Under the pieces are notes generated by a model, which was not told where the DNA came from, made no database searches, and worked only from the letters and a program-made list of their open reading frames with translations. A stretch of 63,437 nt of DNA, filler included, from Sanchytrium tribonematis (lineage: Eukaryota), in the NCBI GenBank assembly GCA_018985235.1. It is 13 parts of 13 records of this genome, joined end to end, with 100 filler letters (N's around TTAATTAATTAA, not from the genome) between each part and the next. Parts side by side here need not be neighbours in the genome. Positions count along the whole stretch, not along the records: positions 34,665 to 56,557 come from JADGIG010000086.1; 12 more parts are not named here. One strand, 5' to 3'. The position numbers and the translations under genes are program-made. The first letter of the stretch is position 1. Every line of letters begins with the position of its first letter. This document shows, in pieces, positions 41,620-53,200 of this stretch.

Positions 41620-44235
41620 TTAAATGACCACTGGTTTATTCACCATTTTAATTTGTTTCACTTTACGATTTGGCACACTCACAAATGGCTTATACAGAAA
41701 TGGTACAGGTAATTGCTCATCATCATTTGGAATATATGCATTGGGTCTCAATAGTCCAGATGGTAAATCAGGCAAGGAACTTGGTTTTAAAACAGTTGGC
41801 TCAAAATGTTCTAATTTGTATTGCAATTCATCAATTTGCAATTTTAATTTCTGATTCAATTCAACAAACATTTCATATTCTGCTACTGCTGATTTATAAG
41901 CCACTTGTTGCTCATATTGTGTTTTATATTGTCTATTTTTAGGAATTAATTGCGAAATTAAATCTTGTCGTCGCGTAAAATAGTCAATTTCCAATCCTAA
42001 TAAATAGTTTTGAGACTGTTCAATTTGTTCATGGTGATGAATGACTTGATCGTGTAATTTATTGCATATTTTTACCAATTCATGGTATTTTGACAAAGCT
42101 TCTTGCTCAGAAATATCTTTTCCAACCACTTGAATCAATATTTGACTAGATTCTATTTTGAAGTTGCATATTTTATCTTGTAATATTAAATAATTGCGTT
42201 TTAATTGCTCTAATTGTGCAGTTGTTTCATAATATTGTGATTCACAATCACCGTATTTCTTAAAATAGGATTCTAATGGATCTGTTTTGAGCTTCATTAT
42301 CTTAATTTGTCTCTCATAATCCTTGTATAGCTTGTCCTGGTCATTGATCTTGTCTTTTAAAGAGGCGATGACTTTTCTTTTTTCAAGCACACTCTTTTTA
42401 ATTTGGATTAGAAACAACTCAGAATCACGTTTCTCTTTATCAGCTTCATGTAGCAATTTAGTATTTGAATTTAATTCTGCTTTTAAATCGAAAATCAAGT
42501 CATTTTCATTTGCTACTTTGGATTTCTCCATTTCTAGGTTATCTTTTAATTTAAATATATTATCTGTCACAGAATCGCTATTATGTTGCAATTTAGATTT
42601 GACAATCTTTAACACATCACATGTTTTGACAGTTTTAAGAAATTCATCTCCCATTTGTTGATTTTCAAGCTGTAGTTTATTTAATAAATCAGACTTCTTT
42701 TTCAAATCTTGCTCTTTCTTGGTTTTTGCAAACATCTTTTGTTTAATCTCTAATATTTGTCGTTTGGCCAAATTTGAGTAAAAATTCTTATTTTGTAATT
42801 CTTTGGATAATAAATCACCAGATATCTTATTATGTAATTTGGATATCTTTAGTAAGTTATCTTTTTCTTCAATGTCTAATTGGATTTGATGCAACTTGTT
42901 GATGTCGGTTTCTTTGGATTTTATTAATTTTTGCAATTTGGAGTCTTCCGATTTAATCTTTATATTCGAATCATTCAGCTCATTGAGATGTTGTTTTATC
43001 TCATTTGTGTATTTAAGATGCTCTTCTGCTAGTTCTTTATGCTCATTGCTCACTTTTAAAAGTTTTAAATTGATTTCGACGCATTTCTTTAAAAATAAAT
43101 TCTTTTGATGCTCCATCACATGCTGCTCATTCTGTAATTCATCTTTATCTAATTTAATTGATCTCATCTCGAATTTTAAAGCGTCATTCTCTTTAGTCTT
43201 TGCTTCTACTACATCCAACAAATGCGAAATTTTGATTTTTCTCCGTGCCAACTCTTTTTTGAATGCGTCGTGCTTCTTTTCCTCTAAAAAGAGTCGTTTG
43301 ATGGCATCTTTATTAGATTCCTCAGTCTTTTTCTGGTTAATTTTACACTCAGCTAATCTCTCATCCAACTCATTCAATTCTTTATCCGCTTTACTCAATT
43401 CTGTCACCAACTCTGATTCCATGGCATCACATTCATTCAAATTATCCATGCACTCTTTTATTTCTACACTAGTCTTTTTCTTTTCAAATTCCAATTTGGA
43501 TTTTGTAGCTTGTATTTGTTGATATTGCAAACTCAACTCATAAATTACTTGTTCCTGCTTATTCACTTCAGTCGTACTCGATCTCAATGCCACCATAGTG
43601 TTATCATATTGAATATCCACCTTTTGAATCTCTTTTAAAGTCGATTCCCTCGTCTCACTCAATTTCTCATATTTTACCTCAAATTCACTAATATTCGAAT
43701 TCATTTCCTCAATCTCTTTACAACTCATCTCCAATTCCACTAATTTACTATTAATCTCCTGTTCTTTATCCCTAATATCCGTCAAATACTCCCTCAATTG
43801 TGATTTTAATAATGGCTCCAACAATTCCCGTTGCTGTCTCTTAATCTCCACAATACTCTCTTGTTCCTGCAACCACACTTCCAACAACTTCAAATTCTCA
43901 ATTTCCATTTCAAATTGATTAGAATATCTCATATCCACTTGTCTCTGCAATTCACTCACTTCTTTAATCATCTCTGCAAATCGGGGTGATGCCAATAATT
44001 TAATCTCCAATATATCCAAATCACTTTGATGTTGATTCATTTCCATTTGCAATGATTTATAGTCCATATCCATTGATTTTTGTTGATTTAATTGAAATGT
44101 AATTAAATTCATTTTTTCCAAATATTCATTTTCTATTTGTAATGCTTGATGTTCAGAATATGTAGAATCTAATTTGAGTTTCTCTATTAATCCTGATGTG
44201 GTTTGAATATAAAATGGAGCATCAAAATCAATCAT
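41620..44235 (-). CDS. Coiled-coil flagellar protein, CCDC146/MBO2-like
   Basis: About 800 aa of coiled coil ending in RPNAYIP.D..LPVP..YKPF......IK...KPVVI, the CCDC146 C-terminal signature. Confidence 0.7.
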   Translation of the reverse strand: MIDFDAPFYIQTTSGLIEKLKLDSTYSEHQALQIENEYLEKMNLITFQLNQQKSMDMDYKSLQMEMNQHQSDLDILEIKLLASPRFAEMIKEVSELQRQVDMRYSNQFEMEIENLKLLEVWLQEQESIVEIKRQQRELLEPLLKSQLREYLTDIRDKEQEINSKLVELEMSCKEIEEMNSNISEFEVKYEKLSETRESTLKEIQKVDIQYDNTMVALRSSTTEVNKQEQVIYELSLQYQQIQATKSKLEFEKKKTSVEIKECMDNLNECDAMESELVTELSKADKELNELDERLAECKINQKKTEESNKDAIKRLFLEEKKHDAFKKELARRKIKISHLLDVVEAKTKENDALKFEMRSIKLDKDELQNEQHVMEHQKNLFLKKCVEINLKLLKVSNEHKELAEEHLKYTNEIKQHLNELNDSNIKIKSEDSKLQKLIKSKETDINKLHQIQLDIEEKDNLLKISKLHNKISGDLLSKELQNKNFYSNLAKRQILEIKQKMFAKTKKEQDLKKKSDLLNKLQLENQQMGDEFLKTVKTCDVLKIVKSKLQHNSDSVTDNIFKLKDNLEMEKSKVANENDLIFDLKAELNSNTKLLHEADKEKRDSELFLIQIKKSVLEKRKVIASLKDKINDQDKLYKDYERQIKIMKLKTDPLESYFKKYGDCESQYYETTAQLEQLKRNYLILQDKICNFKIESSQILIQVVGKDISEQEALSKYHELVKICNKLHDQVIHHHEQIEQSQNYLLGLEIDYFTRRQDLISQLIPKNRQYKTQYEQQVAYKSAVAEYEMFVELNQKLKLQIDELQYKLEHFEPTVLKPSSLPDLPSGLLRPNAYIPNDDEQLPVPFLYKPFVSVPNRKVKQIKMVNKPVVI

Positions 44236-44287
44236 GATTTTCTGTTGACCTTTTTGAAATTATTTTAATTCTAAATATTTATTATTT

Positions 44288-45418
44288 TTATCCACCACTT
44301 TTTGGTGGAGATTCTCGGGATTTACTTGGAGTCCCTCCAAAAACTGTCCCTGCTAATGGCCCACTAATTCTAGGTCTTCTCACTCTATTGAGCTTAGTAG
44401 GCACCTCTTTAGCAACATCATCAGCCTCAACAACTTCTTCATCGTCAGTAGTCATTACAGTGACTGGTGCGTAAAGACCATCCACTTGACTGCCCTTAGC
44501 AGCAAGTCGCAAATCAGCTTCTGCTTTCTGGTGTTCTCTTAATGCATATTGTAATCCTTTGTATTTGTCAAATGGAAAGAAATTCCGCTTATTATATTCC
44601 TCTCTAGTCTTTCCCAATCTCATCATAATGATGCTATTTGCTACCACATTAACAATACCTTTCTCCATTTCACTAAATTCAAGTGTTTTTGCCAATGTTT
44701 CCCATTTTGGATTTGATCTCTTTCCAATCTCACGAAATGCAATTAGCAATGACATAGCCAATACAGATGCTTTGTCAGAATAATATAGTAAAATGTCTAC
44801 AAAATACTTTTCAAAAAGTCTAGTCGCTCCTATCGCAATCCTCGTTTTTCGACCCTCAACTATAGTTTCAAAATGATTTACAAATTGGTAAATAACTTGA
44901 GTAGGATGCGGGTCTGAAAATTCCAATTGTTTGAACCACAGTAAAAGGCCGAATTGAACAAACATTGTCTTGCCCTGATAGCCTGGTACTTGTTTTGCAA
45001 TATTAATCCAAAACGATTCTTCAGGTTGATCTGCTTGATTTTCATGATATTTAACGGCCAATTGCAAAGAAATCAATGCAATTAAATATTGACCGACTGA
45101 TTGATCAATTTCTTTTTTAAAATATAATTCCAAGTAGTAATCTAATCTTTTTAAAAAGGCGAAGAATGTTTGTGGCATAATTTTCAATGCGCCGTATTGT
45201 TCTTCGTTTTGTTTCCACGGGACTTGTAAATTCACTGCATCAATAGTGGCTAATACCAATTCATCTCTATTCTCTTTTGAGAAATATTCTGAAATGTATT
45301 CTGGAGTTATTTCTAATCCTCTATTTTCATTAATTAAATCGAGCAACCTTTTCTCCGAGCTAGTTCTATGCGAACTTCTACTCAACGACCCAAATAGCAA
45401 TGCAATGACAAACAACAT
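44288..45418 (-). CDS. Signal-peptide-bearing cyclin-fold protein 1
   Basis: MLFVIALLFG; PQTFFAFLKRLDYYL, ISLQLAVKYHE, LEFSDPHP, YYSDKASVLAMSLLIA. Confidence 0.72.
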   Translation of the reverse strand: MLFVIALLFGSLSRSSHRTSSEKRLLDLINENRGLEITPEYISEYFSKENRDELVLATIDAVNLQVPWKQNEEQYGALKIMPQTFFAFLKRLDYYLELYFKKEIDQSVGQYLIALISLQLAVKYHENQADQPEESFWINIAKQVPGYQGKTMFVQFGLLLWFKQLEFSDPHPTQVIYQFVNHFETIVEGRKTRIAIGATRLFEKYFVDILLYYSDKASVLAMSLLIAFREIGKRSNPKWETLAKTLEFSEMEKGIVNVVANSIIMMRLGKTREEYNKRNFFPFDKYKGLQYALREHQKAEADLRLAAKGSQVDGLYAPVTVMTTDDEEVVEADDVAKEVPTKLNRVRRPRISGPLAGTVFGGTPSKSRESPPKSGG

Positions 45419-45568
45419 CAAAATAATCTATGTTTCACCCTCTGGTACAGTTTCAATCGAGTTGTACTTTTTGTACTCAAAAGGGGACCAATATCCTGAT
45501 AATTGAAACAAATAAATGACACGAGCCAATGAAATACATGGGAATAGAACACAAGGCAATGCTGACAT

Positions 45569-46435
45569 TTATTGCGAATATGCAGATGAAAGAGCAGTAG
45601 GAGCATCATTTTGTTGTAAATATATAATATAATCGACTAAACGCGAGACTTCACTTGATTCTTCATCAGTTATTGGCACCATTGCGTACAAAAAATTCGA
45701 ATTTGGACCAATATGTAAAATTTGATGATGCGCTACCAAGACACCTAATGCAATCACAAATGCATTATGAGGAAAATAATTTAAAATGTTCCACAAATTA
45801 AAATTATATAAACCAGTGACATTTTCAAGTACTATTTTCGCTTTATCTTTTCTGATTTTTCGTTGATGCTCTGATTCATTCTTCTCTCTGATGGATTCCG
45901 AGTAATATTTTGAGATTTGAAGGAAATACATTTCAGGAGTTGGATAAGAGTAGGCAAAAGGATCTGATAAAAATACAATAGATTCTAAATCACTAAATGA
46001 TTTCTTTGAGATTTTAGGTGAAATCTTTCGTGCCAAATTATACCAAAATGCAGGATTTAATTCTTCACTAGTTCTATCTTCCAACTTAAAAGCGACGTGA
46101 ATTGTTTTCAAAGCCAATAATCGGATATATTGAAGTCTAGGCTTCGACGTGCTTACTTGTCTGATTCCAGTGACACTTTCATGAGCTTCCATTACAATAA
46201 TTTTCCAACGTCCTTCGATCTTGACAGGGTCTATTTCTAATCGATCAAATCGTTTCAACGCTTTAAAGATGGCTTTTGAGCTTAATTTATCATCAATCAA
46301 CTGAAAAAGATTTAACATTACCTTGTTCTTAGTGGAAGAGTATTCTGACTGGGTGTGTGGCACTATTTCTCTTGATTTGTACTCTTTTATCAACTCCAAT
46401 GTCGTCAATCCAAATATCAGTAGCGTCAACAACAT
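45569..46435 (-). CDS. Signal-peptide-bearing cyclin-fold protein 2
   Basis: MLLTLLIFG; AIFKALKRFDRL, LLALKTIHVAFKLED, YPTPEMYF, YFPHNAFVIALGVLVA. Confidence 0.68.
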   Translation of the reverse strand: MLLTLLIFGLTTLELIKEYKSREIVPHTQSEYSSTKNKVMLNLFQLIDDKLSSKAIFKALKRFDRLEIDPVKIEGRWKIIVMEAHESVTGIRQVSTSKPRLQYIRLLALKTIHVAFKLEDRTSEELNPAFWYNLARKISPKISKKSFSDLESIVFLSDPFAYSYPTPEMYFLQISKYYSESIREKNESEHQRKIRKDKAKIVLENVTGLYNFNLWNILNYFPHNAFVIALGVLVAHHQILHIGPNSNFLYAMVPITDEESSEVSRLVDYIIYLQQNDAPTALSSAYSQ

Positions 46436-46593
46436 TTGCTTTGATCCCTGTTGCACATCTTGCTACAAATTGCAGCACATTATTTGTTGTACAAAGGGAT
46501 TTGTGTCATTTTGTATCAAACAAACTATTGCACAAGTATTTGTTGCGATTCACCAATTAGAATTCAATATATCAATGTTTATTATTTGTATAT

Positions 46594-47379
46594 CTATTTT
46601 CTGTTCAGTGGGAACTTTAAACGATCTGGTTGAAATGATTTCCCTTTCAAATACATGATATATCGAATAACTCGATGTGCAGAAGTACAATCATTACTAG
46701 TAAACTTAAATTTTTGAATCATTGATTCCCAAATCGGAAATTCTAAATTTTCATCTTCTGAGTTTCTAATTTCTCGATATGCAATTAATAATGACAACGC
46801 AATGACAGATGCTTTATCGGAATAATACAACGATAAGTCATATGCCTGATTTTCAAATAATTTAATGGCTCCATCTCTATTTTCAATGACTTTTTCACTA
46901 TTACTTTGTGATAAAACAGACAACTCCAAATAGTAATTTGCGAATATTTTCATAAAAAATAAAGGACTGGCTTGAATTAAACTTGATGAAGTAATATTGA
47001 TAATCTCAAATGACATTTTTTTGAATGCCTCTAGACTAATCGCATTTTTAGAATTACTTACTGCAAATTGATGCCATTCCGGCAAAGATGCTTCATCATT
47101 CAAATTATCACATTTAGAAGCCAAATACATACTCACCATAGCAATCATTGGCGAATCTCCGTATTTATCATCAAGCTTATTAAAAATACATTCATCGAAA
47201 GTCTTGACCCAAATAAAATATGAATTTACATTAAATTTTAAAGACTCTTTTTGACTGTATTTATCATAAAGATCTTTGACATAGTTCATGATTGTATTTC
47301 TAGATTCAAGTTGTTCAATAGATATATTTGAAAATATTTCACTGGATCCAAATAAAAGTAAAGAAAAGAGATGCAACAT
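46594..47379 (-). CDS. Signal-peptide-bearing cyclin-fold protein 3
   Basis: MLHLFSLLLFG; RNTIMNYV, MIAMVSMYLASKCD, ASPLFFM, YYSDKASVIALSLLIA. Confidence 0.7.
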   Translation of the reverse strand: MLHLFSLLLFGSSEIFSNISIEQLESRNTIMNYVKDLYDKYSQKESLKFNVNSYFIWVKTFDECIFNKLDDKYGDSPMIAMVSMYLASKCDNLNDEASLPEWHQFAVSNSKNAISLEAFKKMSFEIINITSSSLIQASPLFFMKIFANYYLELSVLSQSNSEKVIENRDGAIKLFENQAYDLSLYYSDKASVIALSLLIAYREIRNSEDENLEFPIWESMIQKFKFTSNDCTSAHRVIRYIMYLKGKSFQPDRLKFPLNRK

Positions 47380-47480
47380 CAAATAACTCCCTGTAGTACA
47401 TGCAATTTATTTTGAATGACAAAGGAGGTTGTGTCAAACACAAAGCAAACACAAATAATTCAATTAAAATTTTCCCAATA

Positions 47481-48257
47481 TCATGTAAAATGGACTTGAT
47501 TCAGATTCAAATATATTCCTTCTAAACTAAATAAATATCTCACAACTCGCTCCACATTTATTCTATCCATTACAGATAAATTCAACTCATTTTCCAATAA
47601 TTCCCACTTTGCATCATTCAATTTCTGTATAATTCGAGATGCAATGAGTGCAGATAATACAATAACAGATGCTTTATCAGAATAATATAATAGTATTTGA
47701 GAAAGATGCTTATTTAATAAATAATTGACTCTATTGGAATAAAATTTGATTGTTTCATTGGGCAAATTGAACTGTATTAAGCAATATTTGAGATAATTTT
47801 GAGGACTCTCATGATTATTTGATGAGATGGAGATGGAATTGTAATAACGAATCGCTGTCATCAACTGCTGCGTGCTGATATGTGGAATGTATACGGTTGC
47901 CGCTCTTTTTATTATTGAGATGGAATAACACTTGATTGCATTATGAATATAGATGATAGCCAATACTTTGATAAAATGTGGATCCAATTTGCTAATATTC
48001 TTTGATTTCAATTTATCATAAATTAACCAATTAAAGATATTTTCATTTCCCAAATTGATTGTCAAGTTTTCAAATCTCTTTAATGCAACAAATAGGGCAT
48101 CGTGAGTTGCTTTGAGTATGTGATTGACTGTCTCAAATACTGACAACATGATATGATGTAATTCCATCTCGCTAAAATGAATATCATTGCTGGATAATTG
48201 TATTCTATTGTTAAATGGCACGAGTGATGTAAATAGTGATAAAATGAGTAGCAACAT
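47481..48257 (-). CDS. Signal-peptide-bearing cyclin-fold protein 4
   Basis: MLLLILSLFTS; ALFVALKRFE, VLAIIYIHNAIKC, ESPQNYL, YYSDKASVIVLSALIA. Confidence 0.65.
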   Translation of the reverse strand: MLLLILSLFTSLVPFNNRIQLSSNDIHFSEMELHHIMLSVFETVNHILKATHDALFVALKRFENLTINLGNENIFNWLIYDKLKSKNISKLDPHFIKVLAIIYIHNAIKCYSISIIKRAATVYIPHISTQQLMTAIRYYNSISISSNNHESPQNYLKYCLIQFNLPNETIKFYSNRVNYLLNKHLSQILLYYSDKASVIVLSALIASRIIQKLNDAKWELLENELNLSVMDRINVERVVRYLFSLEGIYLNLNQVHFT

Positions 48258-48445
48258 CCTCAAATATCCGTAGTTTAGAGGAGAAGATTCACTCGATTGT
48301 GTCAATTGATCACTTAAAAATGCAATCCAATGTTCACCGATTCCCAAATTGATCATTTCAGACAGTAATATACTTGCTCACTGAATTGATTGGTGCAAGA
48401 ATCTATGTGATTGATTCAAATATTCAGATTTCCCAATCTTGCAAA

Positions 48446-48730
48446 ATGATTTACATGGGATTATTATTAATGGCAACGAATGCTACAAATCCATCCAATA
48501 ACACACTCGATAGAACCAACAATGTAGCATTTAATAGAGCCAATAATAGAATGAATAAAACAGCCAATTTAATGGCAAATGGAACCAATAATGCAACAAC
48601 GAATACAACAAATTACTCAAAATCAAAAATATCTAGAGATTCATTAAAAGTAGACAGTATGCAAATGGCACAAACATCCGCATCCCAAATACACTCCAAT
48701 ATACTTTTTATATTATATTTATTCATTTAA
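48446..48730 (+). CDS. Small Asn/Thr-rich secreted, possibly GPI-anchored protein
   Basis: CCC..AAAATG start MIYMGLLLMA; many N-x-T/S sequons; hydrophobic tail; stop shares TTAA with the convergent gene. Confidence 0.55.
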   Translation: MIYMGLLLMATNATNPSNNTLDRTNNVAFNRANNRMNKTANLMANGTNNATTNTTNYSKSKISRDSLKVDSMQMAQTSASQIHSNILFILYLFI

Positions 48731-50208
48731 ACCTTGTATTCCCTCAAATATTGTGCCAAATCATCCATATTGCCAATTTCTGATTGTTTCAATTTAGAAT
48801 CACGTTTTGATTTTGAATCTCTATTTGATTCTTGTTCATCGAATTCAGAATCTAACCAATCTACGCGTAAATGTCGATTGGAATTTGATCGTTCTAATCT
48901 TTCTAAAATGGGTGAATCAGATGCTGCATTTGAATTCTCTTTAGGGACTATAGATTGCTTCATCAGCATCAATACGGCACATAAAATAGATACAATATAC
49001 ACACCTAACACACAGAAGCCATAAATTGTTTCTCCTTTGATATTTAGAGTGAGAGAACTGCCAATTAATAAAATCGCATAAAATATCATACGCATTAAAC
49101 TATAAATGGTAGGGACCAAATAATTACATACACTTGATTTGTATTCTTCTGAAGAGGTGGTTGTGCATCTAGAAGTGGATTCAGAGTGTCTGCGCTTTAG
49201 AAATGATTGCAGCAACATGAAACATCCTTCTAATCCAATAATAACGGCATATTTGACAATATTGGGACTTAAAATGAGTGCACCAGATAGTGCTAATAAA
49301 ACAATTAATGCCATGTTGGTGATACTCGCATATTGATGAAACGAGTGGATTAAAAGAGGGAAATAATATTTGATTTGATACGACTGGATTTGTAATGTAT
49401 ATTTCCGTTTATGATATAGATAACACAAGAGAATAAATGGTAAAATCAAATAAAGAAATAAAAACACCAAAATGCCAGATTCTTTAAATTGTAGAAAAAT
49501 AGCGATTAAAATAGAAATTGGCAAGATAGAACAGATGTAGAATGCACCAAATAGTAGAAATACAATATTCATAGTGTATTTGACCAGATATCTGGCATTA
49601 AAACCCTGTTTAATAATGGGAAATAAAGAATGAGACCAAAAAAGAATGATTGACAAAACAGTGATTATGGCAATCAAAATGAGGATGGAATAGACCATAT
49701 TATACGCATAATTAATAATAAATGTATGATAATAATAGTCATCTAGTCGGTTGATCATTTTAGGCAATTTATCCCATGGAAATGCAAATCCAAAAAATGC
49801 AAATACATTTGATTTTAAGAGTGGATTTTCATTATCAAATAGTAGAAACAATGGTAATTGATGATATATGATTAAATACATGATAATCTGGCTATAAGCA
49901 GGTATTTTACGGACTATAAACAGAATAATTGGGATTAATAATGAAACAATGGATAATGCCATTAAAACATAATAGAAATCAGTAGTAGATATCTTTAATT
50001 CGCATAATAATCTATCATCTATATTTAATTTGATATTAGTGAGTTGCCGTAGATTAATGGTCTGATTTGTGCATCCAGAACAACTTTGAGTCAAATGGTA
50101 ATATTCCAAGAAATCAGATACATCTGCTTTTAATATACCGAATTGAGGTGGAAATATGAATGTGAGTTGATTATTCGTCAATTGAAATGGACAATTGGAC
50201 GATTGCAT
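48727..50208 (-). CDS. Multi-pass membrane protein (possibly TRP/FLC-like)
   Basis: About 8-9 hydrophobic helices, Cys-containing N-terminal domain, charged C-terminal tail. Confidence 0.55.
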   Translation of the reverse strand: MQSSNCPFQLTNNQLTFIFPPQFGILKADVSDFLEYYHLTQSCSGCTNQTINLRQLTNIKLNIDDRLLCELKISTTDFYYVLMALSIVSLLIPIILFIVRKIPAYSQIIMYLIIYHQLPLFLLFDNENPLLKSNVFAFFGFAFPWDKLPKMINRLDDYYYHTFIINYAYNMVYSILILIAIITVLSIILFWSHSLFPIIKQGFNARYLVKYTMNIVFLLFGAFYICSILPISILIAIFLQFKESGILVFLFLYLILPFILLCYLYHKRKYTLQIQSYQIKYYFPLLIHSFHQYASITNMALIVLLALSGALILSPNIVKYAVIIGLEGCFMLLQSFLKRRHSESTSRCTTTSSEEYKSSVCNYLVPTIYSLMRMIFYAILLIGSSLTLNIKGETIYGFCVLGVYIVSILCAVLMLMKQSIVPKENSNAASDSPILERLERSNSNRHLRVDWLDSEFDEQESNRDSKSKRDSKLKQSEIGNMDDLAQYLREYKV

Positions 50209-50244
50209 CTGTTTAAAAGGGGAACTCCTTTCAAATTATTTATT

Positions 50245-53200
50245 TTAAAAATTTAGATTCTTTTTTAGAGTCGCTTCTTTCTTAATCGTACCATCTTTTT
50301 TAATAGTAGCTGATTTCACAGATTTCGCACCATCACTTTGGATACTCTTTCTCTTTTCATTTTCTACTATTTTCCTGCTTAATGTTTTAGTGCCTCTTCT
50401 TAAATCCTTTCCTACAAATATAATAGCTGCTAGCACACACAAACAAGTAATTCCAATGGTAATCACTGACAATGTCTCTGCAAATGACCCTGTTTTGGTA
50501 TTATTTGTAAAAAACAAAATCCCACAACTTAGCGTCAAAACACTACAAATCTGACAAAATACATCTGCCAATGTGTGATCACGCTCCACATATGGCTTAA
50601 AATGAATTAAGAATCCAATATATGCAAACACGGTTAATTGGATAATCATGGCTTGCGAAACAATTGAAGAATAAAACAAATTCTGCACCAATAATATAAT
50701 CAATTTCATATATAATTGAGCAGCCACGATAAACTGGGTAGTTGGTTTGAATATCGTGTTATCTGTAATCAACAATCTCGTCAAATTGGATTTCACAGAT
50801 GTTGCAAAACCCCCTTTAAATTTATTTTGATAAAGCCCAATGTGCATTGAAGTGAAATATAATGGAATTCCAACCACATAAATAATCGTAGCCGTTAAAA
50901 AGAATGGGAAATTGTCCTTGTGTGCCCCTGTATAACACTCATATGCTGGTGATTTCAATAAAACCAGTGTTTTATCTTGCCCTGCTCCAAAATCCACGCA
51001 ATTGAAATATCCCAATGCCCAACTGGTTAAACTCACAAATATGAATTGTAACAGTAAATTAAATCCCCTAATTACCAAGAATACATTGGATTTATAAGCT
51101 TCTTTTGTGATGGGTGGTAATTGGATTTTAGTATTTCTCTTTAAAATCAAGTTTTTCAAGTATAAATATGGATAATTTAGAGGGGGTGCAAATACAAATG
51201 CCATAATCAACATAAATACAAGCAGAATAGGTGGCACTATGAACATAAATTCACCTTTTGTAAAGAAATTAATATTTGGATTTAAGCATTCTGGTTTGGC
51301 CAATTCCAAATTAAATGAAAAGAAACTCACTAAACTAAACATTTTCTGTACATTATCACTCCATTTCAAGATAATAGACTTGAAAATATATAAAATCTAC
51401 ATGAAATGAAATTACTTGGAAATAATTGACTGCAATTGAAATGGCTGCAAAATATCTACCAATTTTGATGAATATAAAGATAATCAACACAAATGCGACT
51501 AGAATTCCCACTATAGTCAATATCAACACCGTATTATCCGTTTCAGGGCATTTTAAACAAATAAATCCATCTCTGTAATATTTATCAGAACACACCCCAC
51601 ACCGATCTCCTAATTGTTTGCCATATCCCGCATTACACATGGCAGATCCATTACAAGCTTCTTCTGGATTACAGGCTGCAAACCAATAAGCCCCATTTGC
51701 ATATATTTCATAATATCCCTTTAATCCAGTGGGTAATGAACTACCATCTGCAGAACAAATACCCCCACTTGGACAATCTGCACAAATTGGTACTGTTGCA
51801 TTAGATTCTTTAACACCAAATACATTGGGTACTTTCCCCGTGTTACATGTCAAGCTGGCAACTACTGCAAAACTAGCACTGCTACTTGGATTTCTATAAT
51901 CTGTCAATGCCATGGCTACTTTTAATGGGAAATCACCCACTTGCAACAATTTATTATTCTTATTATCATATTTCCATGTAATATTCGTATTCGCAAATAA
52001 AACAGATTCTGTCACATTACTCGTAAATACCCCAATATTCACTATTTGTAAATTATTTAGTGATTGAACATGATCTGCATTGGTACTACCCACGACTGCA
52101 TCACTAGATACTCTAAATATCCCATCTATAGAATAACTTGGATTGATAAAATGGGATTCCGTGTAATATGATTTAAAATCTACTGAATAGGGCGCATATT
52201 GATTGGTAATCGATGGACAATCCACTAGACTATATTTCATAATATCACGAATCACCATTGAAAATAAATAATTGCCATTTTCATCCGTATAAATATTAGG
52301 TGTCAAATTTTGACCACTTAATGTGGGTGTTCTTTTAATATCAATGATAATGACACCTGGTATAATGGAATTAATTGTGAAATAAATGACTAGATTGGTG
52401 GCTGTTTTATCTTTATCCAAATCCAAAATAATCAAATCTGACAAAGTGCCATTTAAATTCAATGGTAATACATCATTTTTAGCATCTATTTGCCATGTAT
52501 CAGTCGCATTTAACCCATTTTGATCTAATAATAGCTCATAATGTTGTTTATTGTTCTTCAATTCTGCATTCATGTATGATTTAATACGATAAATGGGTTT
52601 AATGACAGATTGCCATGATGAAACATAGTTTCCAATTTGAATTTGAATGCGAGTCACATCCCATTCTGATTTAATCACTATTTTATGATTATTCCAACTT
52701 AAGATAGTCCCATTCTGCACTATCCCAATATCCAAATCACTAAATGCACTAAATTTCATATAAATAGATCTTTGACGATGACACCCTGATAAATCACCAA
52801 AATGATCCCCAATAATCTCAATTTGATTGAATTTATAGTAAGCATACTGTACAACAGGATCCTGAATCACTTTAAATTGATATTGACTGGTAAATGAACA
52901 ATCTTCACTAATCACAGTTGTTTTTAATTGATAATCCCCTGAATTACCATAATATGAACTAGGCACATTAAAACTGAATAAATTAATGGCATTTGTACTT
53001 GGACATTGATCTACAGACAATGTGGATGTGATTTGATAATTTAATCCTTTAAATTCATTCAATTTACGCATAAAATCAATATTTGTTAATTGAAGCGTAT
53101 TTTGAGTAAATTGGACATCTAATTCGTCAAATGTCAATTGTGACAAGGTTGGATCCACACTCGTCTTGGTTCCTGCAGTAAATACACTCTTCATTTGTAT

